Source: Candidatus Cryptobacteroides sp. (GTDB taxonomy: Bacteria; Bacteroidota; Bacteroidia; Bacteroidales; UBA932). From it: a stretch of 64,000 nucleotides of DNA. Every line of letters starts with the position of its first letter. Positions within the stretch are counted from its first letter, which is position 1. Below are positions 1 to 10,115 of the stretch, piece after piece. The translations under genes were made by a program, and so were the position numbers. The notes beneath the pieces are model-generated. The model worked only from the letters and a program-made list of their open reading frames with translations, was not told where the DNA came from and made no database searches. The stretch is taken from NCBI GenBank assembly GCA_052173975.1, contig JBQMXN010000007.1, positions 1,431 to 65,430 on the forward strand, given 5' to 3'.

Positions 1-116
1 CTCGTCGTTCGCTTCTTCGCCTTGTAGGTAAAAGACGTCAAATTTTGGATTATCTTAAAAGAATTGACATCGAGAGATACAGAAATATTGTTAAGGAGTT
101 AGGTCTCCGTCGATAA
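1..116 (+). CDS. rpsO: 30S ribosomal protein S15, 3' end (5' part outside window)
   Basis: Frame 3 reads [37 protein letters not shown] then TAA (114-116), the conserved S15 C-terminus. Classic rpsO-pnp order with the next gene. Confidence 0.9.
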   Translation, partial: RRSLLRLVGKRRQILDYLKRIDIERYRNIVKELGLRR

Positions 117-131
117 TTTCGATAGGAATGT

Positions 132-170
132 AAAAAGGGGATAGGTATGTTTCAACTGTCCCTTTTTTTA
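132..170 (+). terminator. Rho-independent terminator candidate after rpsO
   Basis: AAAAAGGGG (132-140) can pair with TCCCTTTTT (159-167), and the T-run continues to 169. The loop is rather large (~17 nt). Confidence 0.5.
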
Positions 171-290
171 TTGGAAAATTATTCTTGAGTCCGCTTTAAA
201 ATTGCAACCTGCGGCGGGCGGAGAGAAATTATAGTACTGCGGTATTGTTTAATAAACTCCCATTGGGGGAGGCAGGTTGGGAAAGAAATA

Positions 291-2579
291 ATGAATATTA
301 TCACAAAGAAAATCGAATTATCCGATGGTAGGGTAATCGAAATCGAGACCGGTAAGCTTGCTAAGCAGGCAGATGGTTCTGCTGTCGTAAGGATGGGCGG
401 TACAGTGCTGCTCGCTACGGTTACTTGCGCAAAGGAGGTGACTGAAGGAACGGACTTTTTGCCGTTGCAGGTGGATTATAAGGAAAAATTCTATGCTGCA
501 GGACGTTTCCCGGGCGGTTTTATGAAAAGGGAGGGCAAGTCTTCGGATTATGAGGTGCTTGTTTCTCGTCTTGTAGACAGGGCGTTGAGACCTCTTTTCC
601 CTGAGGATTTCCACCTTGCAGTGTTCGTAAATGTATGGTTGCTTTCTGCAGATAAGAATACTCAACCGGATGCTCTTGCAGGTTTGGCTGCTTCTGCTGC
701 ATTGTCTTGCACGGATATTCCTTTCCTCGGACCGCTTTCAGAGGTGCGTGTGGCAAGAATCAATGGTGAGTTCAAGATAAATCCGGATTTCAGCGAGATG
801 GCTTCTGCCGATTTGGATATGATGGTTGCTGCTACCAATGAGAATATTATGATGGTGGAGGGAGAAATGAATGAAGTGTCAGAGGAAGTGATGCTTAATG
901 CCATAAAATTTGCTCACGAGGAGATTAAAAAGCATTGCCGCGTACAGAAAGAACTTAACTCTGAACTTGGCTTCGAGGTAAAAAGAGATTATCCGCACGA
1001 TGAGGAGGATGAAAATCTTAAAAAGGCTCTTCACGATTTCTGCTATGAGAAATGCTATGCACTTGCCAAATCCGCTAAACCTAAACATGAAAGAGAAGAT
1101 GGCTTTGAGGCTATCAAGGCTGAGTTCTTGTCAACTCTTTCAGAAGAGGAAATAGAGGCTAAATCAATGATGATCAACAGATATTTCTCATTTGAGCAAA
1201 GAGAGGCTTTGAGAAACCTTATTCTCGATGAGGGTTTGCGTGTGGATGGTCGTAAGACTACGGAGGTGCGTCCTATCTGGTGCGAAACAAATACTTTGCC
1301 TTGTGCGCACGGTTCGGCAATTTTCACGCGTGGAGAAACACAGGCTTTGGCTACCGTTACGCTTGGTACGAAGTTGGATATGAAGGAGATGGACGAGGTG
1401 TTGATACAGGAGACACAGCAGTTTGTTCTTCATTATAACTTTCCTCCTTTTGCCACAGGAGAAGCTCGTGCGCAGAAAGGTGTTGGAAGACGTGAAGTAG
1501 GTCACGGAAACCTTGCACAGCGTGCTTTGAAAGCAGTCGTACCTACGGCTCCGGAATTTCCTTATGCAGTACGTGTCGTTTCTGAAATTTTAGAATCTAA
1601 CGGTTCTTCTTCTCAGGCTTCTATCTGCGGCGGCTGTCTTGCTCTTATGGATGCAGGCGTGCCGATTCGTAAACCTGTTGCCGGAGTTGCCATGGGACTT
1701 ATCACCGATGCTCAAAGACCGAACGAGAGGTATGCTATACTTACAGATATTTTAGGTGATGAAGACCACCTCGGCGATATGGACTTCAAGGTAGCCGGTA
1801 CGAAAGACGGTATCACTGCCACTCAGATGGACATCAAAGTAGACGGATTGTCGTATGACGTTCTTGCCAAAGCATTGAAGCAAGCGAATGAGGGTAGAAT
1901 GCACATTATGGGCGAAATGATGAAATGTATCAGCGAGCCTCGTGAGGATTACAAGCCTTTCGTTCCGAGAATCAAGCAGTTTGAGATTTCAAAAGATTTC
2001 ATCGGCGCTGTTATCGGTAAAGGCGGTGAGACTATTCAGAAAATCCAGGCTGAAACCGGCGCTACAATCACGATAGATGAGATCAATGGCAAGGGCGTTG
2101 TTGATATTGCAACAAACGATGCTGAGGCTATGCAGAAGGCATATGACTGGATTATGGGTATCTGCTCTGTACCGGAAGTCGGTGAAGTATATCACGGAAA
2201 AGTGGTTTCTATCCTCGATTTCGGCGCTTTCGTTGAAATCCTACCGGGAAAAGAGGGACTTCTGCACGTTTCGGAAATAGCTTGGACAAAGACAGAGAAT
2301 GTCGAAGACGTACTCAAAGTCGGTGACGAGGTAGATGTAAAACTTCTGGAAATAGATGAAAAGAGCGGTAAAATGCGCCTGTCTATGAGAGTTTTGACAG
2401 AAAAACCTGAAGGCTATGTCGAACCTGAACGTAAACCTCGTAGCGATAACAGAGGCAGAGACAATCACAGAGGAGGCGACAGAAGAAACTTCGACAACAA
2501 CAGAAGATTCGACCGCCGCAACAATAACTCAGGCGAGCGTCATAAAGAAAACAATGACAAGCAAGAAGAAATCTTTTAA
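291..2579 (+). CDS. pnp: Polynucleotide phosphorylase (PNPase)
   Basis: 762-aa ORF with two RNase PH-like halves, [18 protein letters not shown] motif [15 protein letters not shown] and S1 motif [20 protein letters not shown]. Follows rpsO. Confidence 0.97.
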   Translation: MNIITKKIELSDGRVIEIETGKLAKQADGSAVVRMGGTVLLATVTCAKEVTEGTDFLPLQVDYKEKFYAAGRFPGGFMKREGKSSDYEVLVSRLVDRALRPLFPEDFHLAVFVNVWLLSADKNTQPDALAGLAASAALSCTDIPFLGPLSEVRVARINGEFKINPDFSEMASADLDMMVAATNENIMMVEGEMNEVSEEVMLNAIKFAHEEIKKHCRVQKELNSELGFEVKRDYPHDEEDENLKKALHDFCYEKCYALAKSAKPKHEREDGFEAIKAEFLSTLSEEEIEAKSMMINRYFSFEQREALRNLILDEGLRVDGRKTTEVRPIWCETNTLPCAHGSAIFTRGETQALATVTLGTKLDMKEMDEVLIQETQQFVLHYNFPPFATGEARAQKGVGRREVGHGNLAQRALKAVVPTAPEFPYAVRVVSEILESNGSSSQASICGGCLALMDAGVPIRKPVAGVAMGLITDAQRPNERYAILTDILGDEDHLGDMDFKVAGTKDGITATQMDIKVDGLSYDVLAKALKQANEGRMHIMGEMMKCISEPREDYKPFVPRIKQFEISKDFIGAVIGKGGETIQKIQAETGATITIDEINGKGVVDIATNDAEAMQKAYDWIMGICSVPEVGEVYHGKVVSILDFGAFVEILPGKEGLLHVSEIAWTKTENVEDVLKVGDEVDVKLLEIDEKSGKMRLSMRVLTEKPEGYVEPERKPRSDNRGRDNHRGGDRRNFDNNRRFDRRNNNSGERHKENNDKQEEIF

Positions 2580-2608
2580 TTAGAGGTATGCGGGCGCTCT
2601 TGCGCCGC

Positions 2609-2648
2609 AAAAAAAATGGCGACCAAAGAAATACTCTTTGGTCGCCAT
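2609..2648 (-). terminator. Rho-independent terminator for the minus-strand S41 peptidase gene
   Basis: Perfect 14-bp stem ATGGCGACCAAAGA (2616-2629) / TCTTTGGTCGCCAT (2635-2648) with a 5-nt loop. On the minus strand it is followed by a T8 run (A8 at 2609-2616 on plus). Confidence 0.75.
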
Positions 2649-2686
2649 TTAAAAAAACATAGGTTTTAAGAATAAAGGTAATATTG

Positions 2687-2715
2687 CGTGATGCGCCTCC
2701 GCATCACGTTTTTTT
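2687..2715 (+). terminator. Rho-independent terminator for pnp
   Basis: 9-bp stem CGTGATGCG (2687-2695) / CGCATCACG (2700-2708), loop CCTC, followed by T7 (2709-2715). Confidence 0.75.
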
Positions 2716-2946
2716 ATTCAGTTTCAATCGCTTTCAGATAGACCTGATCAATAGGAAGATACATTTTATAGAATGCATTTTCGCCAAGAGGGGAGTACCG
2801 TCCTATCAAAGCTTTTATTTGAGGCAACATATATGGCTCCGATTCTTTCCATTCTCCCGGCAAAGCCTTAATGCCATCCTTGGAAGATGAAAAATTCAAG
2901 AATTCGCCCTTGAGATCAAGATGAAAAGATAGCCGTCTAATGCTTC
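2714..2946 (-). pseudogene. Detached C-terminal segment of the S41 peptidase, in a different reading frame
   Basis: This frame is open from 2944 down to TAA at 2714-2716. It reads ...SFHLDLKGEFLNFSSSKDGIKALPGEWKESEPYMLPQIKALIGRYSPLGENAFYKMYLPIDQVYLKAIETE, which resembles the usual C-terminal tail of Bacteroidota S41 peptidases and continues the ORF ending at 2896. Confidence 0.6.
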
Positions 2947-4284
2947 AAAATTATTGATAGAAGTCAATATACGCTTATGCCTATCGAACATATAAGAAGC
3001 AAATCTCATTATAGTAGCCTTCTTATTGCAGAGTATGAAAAAACGGGTTGCCTTTGTCGTATCAATAGGCACAAACACGTCGGGAATTATTCCACCTCCG
3101 CCATATACCTCTCTTCCTTTGACTGTTTTATACACTTCCGATTTGTCTACTTTCATACTATCCCTGTTCCACATCTCTCCATCTCTGTAACGTTTTATTA
3201 TATCTGCTTCATAATCATCTCCGTAAGGCTTTTGAATACATCTGCCCGAAGGAGTATGGAAACGCGCTACTGTCAGTCTTATTCCGGAGCCATCTGTAAA
3301 ATTCATCGGCTCTTGAACCAATCCTTTCCCATAAGAACGTCTTCCGATTAAGATTCCTCTGTCATTGTCCTGAATCGCTCCTGCTAAAATCTCAGCGGAA
3401 GAAGCAGAGTTCTCATTTATTAAAACAGATAATTTCAGATCTTGGAACATCCCTGTCCCATCAGCTTTATAATCTTCTCTTTTTCTGTGTAAACCTTCAG
3501 TATAAACGACCAAATCATCCTTTTTAAGAAATTGATTTGAAAGCAAATATGCCTGATCTAAATAACCTCCGGAATTATCCCTCAAATCCAAAATCAGACG
3601 TTTCATGCCATTGTTTTTAAGATTTACGGATGCTTGCATAAATTCATAAAATGTGGTTTTTGTGAATTTTGAAAGCTTTATGTAAGCCGTAGTATCATTA
3701 ACCATAAACCCGGCATCTATGCTGTGCATAGGGATTTTTCCCCTTGTTATTTCGAAAGGTATCTCTATACCGTCTCTTTTTACAAGAATTTGTACCTTTG
3801 TCCCTGCCTTGCCCCTCATTCTCTTCACCATACTGTCTTGCGGACACTTCGTGCCTGCAATATTTTTATTATCCACTTTCAGTAATCTGTCCCCCTGCAT
3901 TATTCCTGCTTTTTCTGAAGGTCCTCCTTTTATTACTTCCAGTACTATTGCCGTATCGTTTGGTACATTGAATTGCACTCCTATTCCATCGAAATTACCC
4001 TCTAACTGAGTAACAGCCTCTTTTAATTCTACAGGAGGCATATATATTGAATGAGGATCCAATTCTTTCAGGGCAGCAACAATGGCTGCGTCTGTCATAT
4101 CTTTTAGATTGATTGTATCAACATAATTCTTACTTACCTCATTTAAGATAAGGTTTAATTTGCCCCAATTCTTGTAATCGGCTTTCAACCCTCTCAAAGT
4201 CATTGCTTTTTCGTATGTTTTTACGAGTAATGCACCGCAAATAAGGCTTATAACTGCAATAAGGAAAGTTTTAGAGTTTTTCAT
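2896..4284 (-). CDS. S41 family C-terminal processing (tail-specific) peptidase; ORF ends prematurely relative to the downstream fragment
   Basis: 462-aa ORF with an N-terminal TM/signal, PDZ-like GIGVQFN...GGPSEKAGIMQGDRLLKVD and S41 core NENSASSAEILAGAIQDNDRGILIGRRSYGKG. Confidence 0.9.
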   Translation of the reverse strand: MKNSKTFLIAVISLICGALLVKTYEKAMTLRGLKADYKNWGKLNLILNEVSKNYVDTINLKDMTDAAIVAALKELDPHSIYMPPVELKEAVTQLEGNFDGIGVQFNVPNDTAIVLEVIKGGPSEKAGIMQGDRLLKVDNKNIAGTKCPQDSMVKRMRGKAGTKVQILVKRDGIEIPFEITRGKIPMHSIDAGFMVNDTTAYIKLSKFTKTTFYEFMQASVNLKNNGMKRLILDLRDNSGGYLDQAYLLSNQFLKKDDLVVYTEGLHRKREDYKADGTGMFQDLKLSVLINENSASSAEILAGAIQDNDRGILIGRRSYGKGLVQEPMNFTDGSGIRLTVARFHTPSGRCIQKPYGDDYEADIIKRYRDGEMWNRDSMKVDKSEVYKTVKGREVYGGGGIIPDVFVPIDTTKATRFFILCNKKATIMRFASYMFDRHKRILTSINNFEALDGYLFILISRANS

Positions 4285-4285
4285 T

Positions 4286-4690
4286 TTATCCTATTTTTTC
4301 GACTTCAATTCCGGCACGCTTCAGGAGTTCTATTCCATCGTTCAGTCTATATTCATCCATATAGACGACGCGTTTGATGCCTGACTGGATTATCAATTTA
4401 GCACATTCTACACAAGGAGAGGCTGTGACATAAAGAGTAGCTCCATCGCTGCTATTACCCGATTTTGCTACTTTAGTAATGGCGTTGGCCTCTGCATGAA
4501 GTACATATGGCTTGGTAATACCGTCCTCATCTTCACAGATATTTTCAAAACCGGAAGGTGTCCCATTATATCCGTCAGAAATTATCATTCTGTCTTTTAC
4601 AATGAGAGCGCCAACCTGTCTTCTTTTGCAATATGAGTTTTGAGCCCATATGCTTGCCATCTCTAAATATTTACCATCGAATTTATCCAT
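4286..4690 (-). CDS. Deoxycytidylate (dCMP) deaminase, ComEB-like
   Basis: 134 aa with zinc-binding motifs HAEANAI and PCVECAKLI. Confidence 0.9.
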   Translation of the reverse strand: MDKFDGKYLEMASIWAQNSYCKRRQVGALIVKDRMIISDGYNGTPSGFENICEDEDGITKPYVLHAEANAITKVAKSGNSSDGATLYVTASPCVECAKLIIQSGIKRVVYMDEYRLNDGIELLKRAGIEVEKIG

Positions 4691-4697
4691 GAAAAAT

Positions 4698-6371
4698 TTA
4701 TTTCACTTCGTTGTCCCTTTGATAAAGATAACGTTTGATACTTCTTTTAGGAGTTCTTTCAAAATCTTCCGGCATAAACTCTATCTTTTTGATTTGAGCA
4801 TAGTTAGGAATCTCTTTGTTGATTTCCGGAAGAGCTTTCTTTATTCTTTCTTCCAACTCCTTATTATTCATAGAGTCTAACTCACCTTGATGATAGTCGG
4901 GATAAATAAGAGCAGTAAGACCATTTTTATCTTCTATCACAAGAGAATCTACGACATATGTTACATTGTTGATTACTGCCTCTATTTCTTCAGGATAGAT
5001 GTTTTGTCCCGAAGGACCTAAAATCATACATTTTGAACGTCCTCTCAAGAAAAGGAATCCATCAGCATCCACTATACCCATATCTCCTGTCTTAAACCAT
5101 CCGTCCTCAGTAAATGTAGCGGCTGTCGCTTCTTCATTTTTGTAATATCCCAAGAATACGTTATTACCTTTTACCTGTACTTCTCCAGGTATGTTTTTAG
5201 GATCTTTTGAATCGATTCTGATCTCCATATAAGGAGCCGGTTGCCCGCAAGAATAAAGTTTTGCTTTATTCCAGTGTGCATAAGTGATAATAGGAGCGCA
5301 TTCTGTCATTCCATAACCTACGGTGTAAGGAAATTCAATCTTTTTGAAGAATGCCTCTACTTCCGGATTGAAAGCCGCGCCTCCAAGAATTATTTCTTCA
5401 AAATTACCTCCGAATGTCTTGATAAGTTCATTATGTACTTTCTTAAGTAGCATTTTATCCAAAATAGGAATATTGAAGAACAACTTATTCTTATCGAGGA
5501 TAGGTTTTAATTTCGATTTATAAATCTTCTCTATGATAAGAGGTACTGATACTACAATACATGGTTTTATTTCCGCAAATGCCTGTAAAATGATTTTAGG
5601 GCTTGGAATACGCGTCAGGAAGTGTACATGAGCGCCTATTGTCATTTCAAAAAGAAATTCGAACATCAATCCGTACATATGGGCAGAAGGCAGCATCGCT
5701 ACTACATTATCGCCTTTCTTTATTTGCGGTTCTGCTACATTATGTGCAAAGTATATATTTGAATAGATTGCTCGGTAAGGCACCATAACGCCTTTTGAAA
5801 AGCCGGAAGTACCTGAAGTATAGTTGATTAATGCTAATTCATCTGCTGAATCTTCATAAAAATTAAGATCTTCCGGTCTGAAACTGTTAGGATATTTTTT
5901 ACCGAAACTCTCATTTAAATGCTCTCTGATATTCCAAAGTTCATCATTCTTCGCATAAAGGAATTTGAAAGTATTAATCTGTACTATTACTTGCAATTCA
6001 GGCATTTCATCTGCCGAAAGCCCCTCCCAAATTACTTCGTCTACAAATAAGACTTTTGCTTCCGAATGATTTACCAAATAGTGGATATTGCCTGATTTGA
6101 ATTCATGTAAAATAGGCACGGGTACGGCTCCGTATGTGATTGATGCAAGAAAACTGACGCCCCAGTTGGCTTGATTTCTTGAACATATTGCCACTTTATC
6201 TCCTTTCTTTAGTCCGCATTGTTCAAATGCTATATGCAATTTTGCGATTCTTCTTGCTACGTCTCTGTAAAAAAGGGTTACTCCCTGATAGTTGGATAAA
6301 GCAGGGCAATCCCAGTTCTCTTGTAGGCTTTTCTCTAAAATTTTGTTTACCGAATTAAATTTAAATTCCAT
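4698..6371 (-). CDS. AMP-dependent synthetase/ligase (long-chain fatty acid-CoA ligase-like)
   Basis: AMP-binding motif YTSGTSGFSKGV and GWFKTGD. I place the start at ATG 6371 (MEFKFNS...) because the longer ORF (to 6416) overlaps the upstream gene's stop at 6385. Confidence 0.9.
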   Translation of the reverse strand: MEFKFNSVNKILEKSLQENWDCPALSNYQGVTLFYRDVARRIAKLHIAFEQCGLKKGDKVAICSRNQANWGVSFLASITYGAVPVPILHEFKSGNIHYLVNHSEAKVLFVDEVIWEGLSADEMPELQVIVQINTFKFLYAKNDELWNIREHLNESFGKKYPNSFRPEDLNFYEDSADELALINYTSGTSGFSKGVMVPYRAIYSNIYFAHNVAEPQIKKGDNVVAMLPSAHMYGLMFEFLFEMTIGAHVHFLTRIPSPKIILQAFAEIKPCIVVSVPLIIEKIYKSKLKPILDKNKLFFNIPILDKMLLKKVHNELIKTFGGNFEEIILGGAAFNPEVEAFFKKIEFPYTVGYGMTECAPIITYAHWNKAKLYSCGQPAPYMEIRIDSKDPKNIPGEVQVKGNNVFLGYYKNEEATAATFTEDGWFKTGDMGIVDADGFLFLRGRSKCMILGPSGQNIYPEEIEAVINNVTYVVDSLVIEDKNGLTALIYPDYHQGELDSMNNKELEERIKKALPEINKEIPNYAQIKKIEFMPEDFERTPKRSIKRYLYQRDNEVK

Positions 6372-6384
6372 ATAAGATTTAGAA

Positions 6385-7104
6385 TTAGTTAAGAGGTGTA
6401 CCTCCATTTTTGTCAAATAATTGTGTCCCTTCTGTTGTCTGAATTGACCAATATTTTAGACCTTTTGATATAATCAATTTAGGCATATCAATAATTGTAC
6501 CTTTTGTATTAAATCCTTTCCAGTTTTTAGGTTTTTTTCCGTGAAGATTGTACATTTCCAATGTATTGTCGGTATGAAGAATTATTACAGTGTATCCGTG
6601 AGCTCCTGTAAAATCATATACATCCGGCCCTAAAAGCACTTTTTTCGGTAATGTTACAGGGAATGGTTTCACATTACGTCCCAATCTGTCGATTAAATAT
6701 AATTTATCTTCTGAAGCAAATAAAAATTGTAGTTTTTTGTTTCCGTAATAATCGATAGTCGCAACCTTTCCGCAAATAGGAGTATTAAATGAAATATTCC
6801 ATAACTCTTTGCCGCTCATCTCTTTAAGTCCTATATTAAGGTTTTCTTGCTGGTATAGAAGATTATCTTTTCCGGAACCGCAATTCTTTACTATATAAGG
6901 ACCTTTAGGAATAAAAATTTCGACTTCAATAGGTATTTGACGTATTGTGTCTTTGACTATTTCCTCTTGCTTTATATAAGAGGTTTGCGGGCTTGTGATT
7001 TTTAACGGTCTTTCACCATCATAAAGTCTGAAAACCGCAAATACAATTAGCATTGTGAAACTAAGAAGTAGGATAATGCTTAGGATAATTGCTTTTTTAC
7101 TCAT
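6385..7104 (-). CDS. Hypothetical N-terminally membrane-anchored protein
   Basis: ORF with a hydrophobic N-terminus (AIILSIILLLSFTMLIVFAVF) and no motif I recognise. Start taken at ATG 7104; the track's 7122 is a TTG. Confidence 0.65.
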   Translation of the reverse strand: MSKKAIILSIILLLSFTMLIVFAVFRLYDGERPLKITSPQTSYIKQEEIVKDTIRQIPIEVEIFIPKGPYIVKNCGSGKDNLLYQQENLNIGLKEMSGKELWNISFNTPICGKVATIDYYGNKKLQFLFASEDKLYLIDRLGRNVKPFPVTLPKKVLLGPDVYDFTGAHGYTVIILHTDNTLEMYNLHGKKPKNWKGFNTKGTIIDMPKLIISKGLKYWSIQTTEGTQLFDKNGGTPLN

Positions 7105-7167
7105 AATTAAACCTTTCTGCAAGTTGTATTATGCAATCGTACAAATATACGAAATATTCGCTAATTA

Positions 7168-7881
7168 TTATTGGGCTAAAAATTGATATACTATTTCTCC
7201 TATTTGTTTAGGATTGGCAGAAGCAGAAGCGGAGAAACGTGAAAGCATTGCCGCATTTATCGCAAAATTTCTAAGGCATTCATCTTCGGTCGAAAGTAAG
7301 GTGTTGATTTTTGCTTTAATCACATTCCCTGAATTATCTACCGTAATGGTTACGGTTACAGTTCCTCCTTTATAGCATTTATAAGCAGGTATAGGGAGGC
7401 GAATTGCTTTTCTTCCATCTAATTGCCAAGATAAAACAGATGGACCGGAATATTCTTTTGCCGAATGATTTCGTTCTTCTATCTTTTGTGGCATTTCCAC
7501 GAAATCATCTTTCATATCCTCTTGATGTTTTTCCTTTAACTTTCTGCTTAACTCTTCTGCATCTTTGTATAATTGTCCGGCATCTGTTCCTCTGTCGTCT
7601 TTAAGTTGGTTCCCAAGATTAGAAGTTAAATTGCGGATAGGAGGCAAATCGTATGCATCATTATTTAGCAATTCTTCCAATTTCTTGCTTATCATGTCTT
7701 TGAATTCTTCCTCTTCTTTTTGCTTCTCCAATTCTTCTTGTTTTTCAAAATCTACCACAAAAGAACTTTCTTTGGTAATGTTTTGGCTTATTTTGGATAA
7801 AAGCAAAACTATAACTACCATTAAATGGAATATAATGGTTACAGATAATCCTATTTTATCTTCTTGGTGTATTTGCCTCAC
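7168..7881 (-). CDS. Hypothetical membrane-anchored protein with TonB C-terminal-like domain
   Basis: N-terminal TM (LSVTIIFHLMVVIVLLL), E/K-rich linker, and a C-terminus (GGTVTVTITVDNSGNVIKAKI...AINAAMLSRF) resembling the TonB_C fold pattern. GTG start overlaps the udk stop. Confidence 0.6.
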   Translation of the reverse strand: MRQIHQEDKIGLSVTIIFHLMVVIVLLLSKISQNITKESSFVVDFEKQEELEKQKEEEEFKDMISKKLEELLNNDAYDLPPIRNLTSNLGNQLKDDRGTDAGQLYKDAEELSRKLKEKHQEDMKDDFVEMPQKIEERNHSAKEYSGPSVLSWQLDGRKAIRLPIPAYKCYKGGTVTVTITVDNSGNVIKAKINTLLSTEDECLRNFAINAAMLSRFSASASANPKQIGEIVYQFLAQ

Positions 7882-8501
7882 TTATTTTTCTGCTCCCTTA
7901 AAGATTTTTCAATAGTAGCGGAGATTACCTCTATTGCGACCTTATTATGTCCTCCCTGTGGGATAATAATATCTGCATATCTTTTGCTCGGCTCTATAAA
8001 TTGCAGATACATAGGTTTAACAGTCTTTGTATATCTCTCTATTACTGCTTCTACTGTTTTTCCTCTTTCCAAAATATCCCTTGCCATAACCCTCATCAGA
8101 CGATCATCATCATCCGCATCCACGAACAGCTTAATGTTCATTTGTTCTCTAAGCTCTTTGCAATTGAATATTAAAATTCCTTCTACTATAATTACTTCTG
8201 CAGGAGTAACAGTGACAGTCTCTGTTTGTGAACGAGTACAAGTAATATAAGAATATACGGGTTGCTCAATAGTCTTGCCTTCCTTTATTTCTTTTATGTG
8301 TTTGCACAACAATTTAAAATCAATCGCATCAGGATGGTCAAAATTAATATTCTGACGCTCTTCTTGCGGAAGATGACCGGAATCTTTATAATATGAATCC
8401 TGCGGGATTACAACAACTTTCTCCTTTAGTCTTTGCGTTATTTCCTTAACAACGGTTGTCTTTCCTGATCCTGAACCGCCGGCTATTCCTATTACGAGCA
8501 T
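7878..8501 (-). CDS. udk: Uridine kinase
   Basis: 207 aa with P-loop GIAGGSGSGKTT and typical Udk length and layout. Confidence 0.93.
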   Translation of the reverse strand: MLVIGIAGGSGSGKTTVVKEITQRLKEKVVVIPQDSYYKDSGHLPQEERQNINFDHPDAIDFKLLCKHIKEIKEGKTIEQPVYSYITCTRSQTETVTVTPAEVIIVEGILIFNCKELREQMNIKLFVDADDDDRLMRVMARDILERGKTVEAVIERYTKTVKPMYLQFIEPSKRYADIIIPQGGHNKVAIEVISATIEKSLREQKNK

Positions 8502-8520
8502 ATTATCTTATATCCGAAAA

Positions 8521-9921
8521 TTAAAATTCTGCATTCTTAGGTGTTCTTGGGAACGGAATAACATCTCTGATATTGCTCATACCCGTAACGAAAAGTAATA
8601 GCCTCTCAAATCCCAAACCAAATCCGCTATGAGGCACAGTGCCGAATCTCCTTGTATCTATGTACCATTCCAAGTTTTTTCTACTCATACCCAACTCTGC
8701 TATACGGGATTCCAACTTCTCCAAAGAAGCTTCTCTTTCAGAACCGCCGATAATCTCTCCGATTTTAGGGAACAGCACATCCATACCGCGCACTGTCTTA
8801 CCGTCATCGTTTAATTTCATATAGAAAGCCTTGATGTCTTTAGGAAAATCAGTCAGTATTACAGGCTTCTTAAAATGGCTCTCCACCAAATATCTCTCAT
8901 GCTCACTCTGTAAATCTGTTCCCCAATGTACAGGGAACTCGAATTTGTGACCGTTGTTGATTGCAGCCTCCAAAATCTCAATTGCTTCAGTATAGGTCAC
9001 GTGTCTGAATGCTATTCCGAGTACGCTTTTAAGTCTATCTATCAACTCATTATCATACTTATCATTAAGGAATTGCAAATCATTATAACAATTGTCCAAA
9101 GCATATTGTACAAGGCTCTTTACGAAATCCTCTGCCAGTTCCATATCATCGTAAAGATCATAAAAAGACATTTCCGGCTCAATCATCCAAAACTCTGCAA
9201 GGTGTCTCGGGGTATTTGAGTTCTCTGCACGGAAAGTAGGACCGAAAGTATAAATTTCACCCACTGCTGTTGCTCCCAACTCTCCCTCAAGTTGTCCGCT
9301 GACAGTCAAACTTGTCTTTTTCCCGAAAAAGTCCTTACTGAAATCCACCTTTCTATGCTCTACCGGGACTTTTGACAAATCCAAAGTCGTCACTTGGAAC
9401 ATATCTCCTGCACCCTCTGCATCCGACTCTGTAATAATAGGTGTATTAAGGTACACGAATCCCTTATCATTAAAATACTTATGTATTGCAAAAGCCATCG
9501 CGTGCCTTATTCTCAGAATAGCTCCGAAAGTATTGGTCCTCAGTCTCATATGCGCGACTGTTCTCAAATACTCTAAAGATGTATCTTTTTTCTGTAACGG
9601 AAATCTCATCGGGTCGCAAGTTCCAAGCACCTCAATATTCTTTGCCTGAATTTCTACAGCTTGACCGCTACCTATTGATTCTACTAAAATGCCTCTTACA
9701 CAGATACTTGCGCCTGTCGTAATATCTTTCATCAAATCCTCGCTGAAATTTTCTGCATTAGCCACCACCTGTATGCTATTAACCGTCGAACCGTCATTCA
9801 ACGCTATGAATTTCACCTGCTTATTTCCTCGTTTCGTCCTGACCCAACCCTTAGCAACCACTTCTACGCCTGCTTTCGATTTTAGCAAATCCTTAACCTT
9901 GCTTCTTTTGAGTGTTTCCAT
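8521..9921 (-). CDS. asnS: Asparagine-tRNA ligase
   Basis: 466 aa with class II motifs [21 protein letters not shown] and GFGLGFERL, plus an N-terminal OB anticodon-binding region. Confidence 0.95.
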   Translation of the reverse strand: METLKRSKVKDLLKSKAGVEVVAKGWVRTKRGNKQVKFIALNDGSTVNSIQVVANAENFSEDLMKDITTGASICVRGILVESIGSGQAVEIQAKNIEVLGTCDPMRFPLQKKDTSLEYLRTVAHMRLRTNTFGAILRIRHAMAFAIHKYFNDKGFVYLNTPIITESDAEGAGDMFQVTTLDLSKVPVEHRKVDFSKDFFGKKTSLTVSGQLEGELGATAVGEIYTFGPTFRAENSNTPRHLAEFWMIEPEMSFYDLYDDMELAEDFVKSLVQYALDNCYNDLQFLNDKYDNELIDRLKSVLGIAFRHVTYTEAIEILEAAINNGHKFEFPVHWGTDLQSEHERYLVESHFKKPVILTDFPKDIKAFYMKLNDDGKTVRGMDVLFPKIGEIIGGSEREASLEKLESRIAELGMSRKNLEWYIDTRRFGTVPHSGFGLGFERLLLFVTGMSNIRDVIPFPRTPKNAEF

Positions 9922-9980
9922 TTTTTTAGAATTTATATCAAATTTTACAAATATAATAAATTTATCAGTTGCTTAAGCAA

Positions 9981-10014
9981 CAAAAAGCCGCAAGCAAACA
10001 TTTTTCCTTGCGGC
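9981..10014 (-). terminator. Second terminator-like hairpin downstream of the exbD operon
   Basis: 8-bp stem GCCGCAAG (9987-9994) / CTTGCGGC (10007-10014). The minus strand continues with TTTTTG. Confidence 0.55.
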
Positions 10015-10051
10015 AAAAACCCAAAGGAAAGCAATTACTTGCTCCCCTTAA

Positions 10052-10088
10052 ACAAAAAGTCCGATCGTTATAAAAATAACCATCGGAC
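10052..10088 (-). terminator. Rho-independent terminator after exbD
   Basis: GTCCGAT-C-GTTAT [AAAA] ATAAC-C-ATCGGAC (10059-10088), followed on the minus strand by TTTTTGT. Confidence 0.65.
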
Positions 10089-10115
10089 CAAAATATTATT
10101 ACTTAAACGTAAAGA

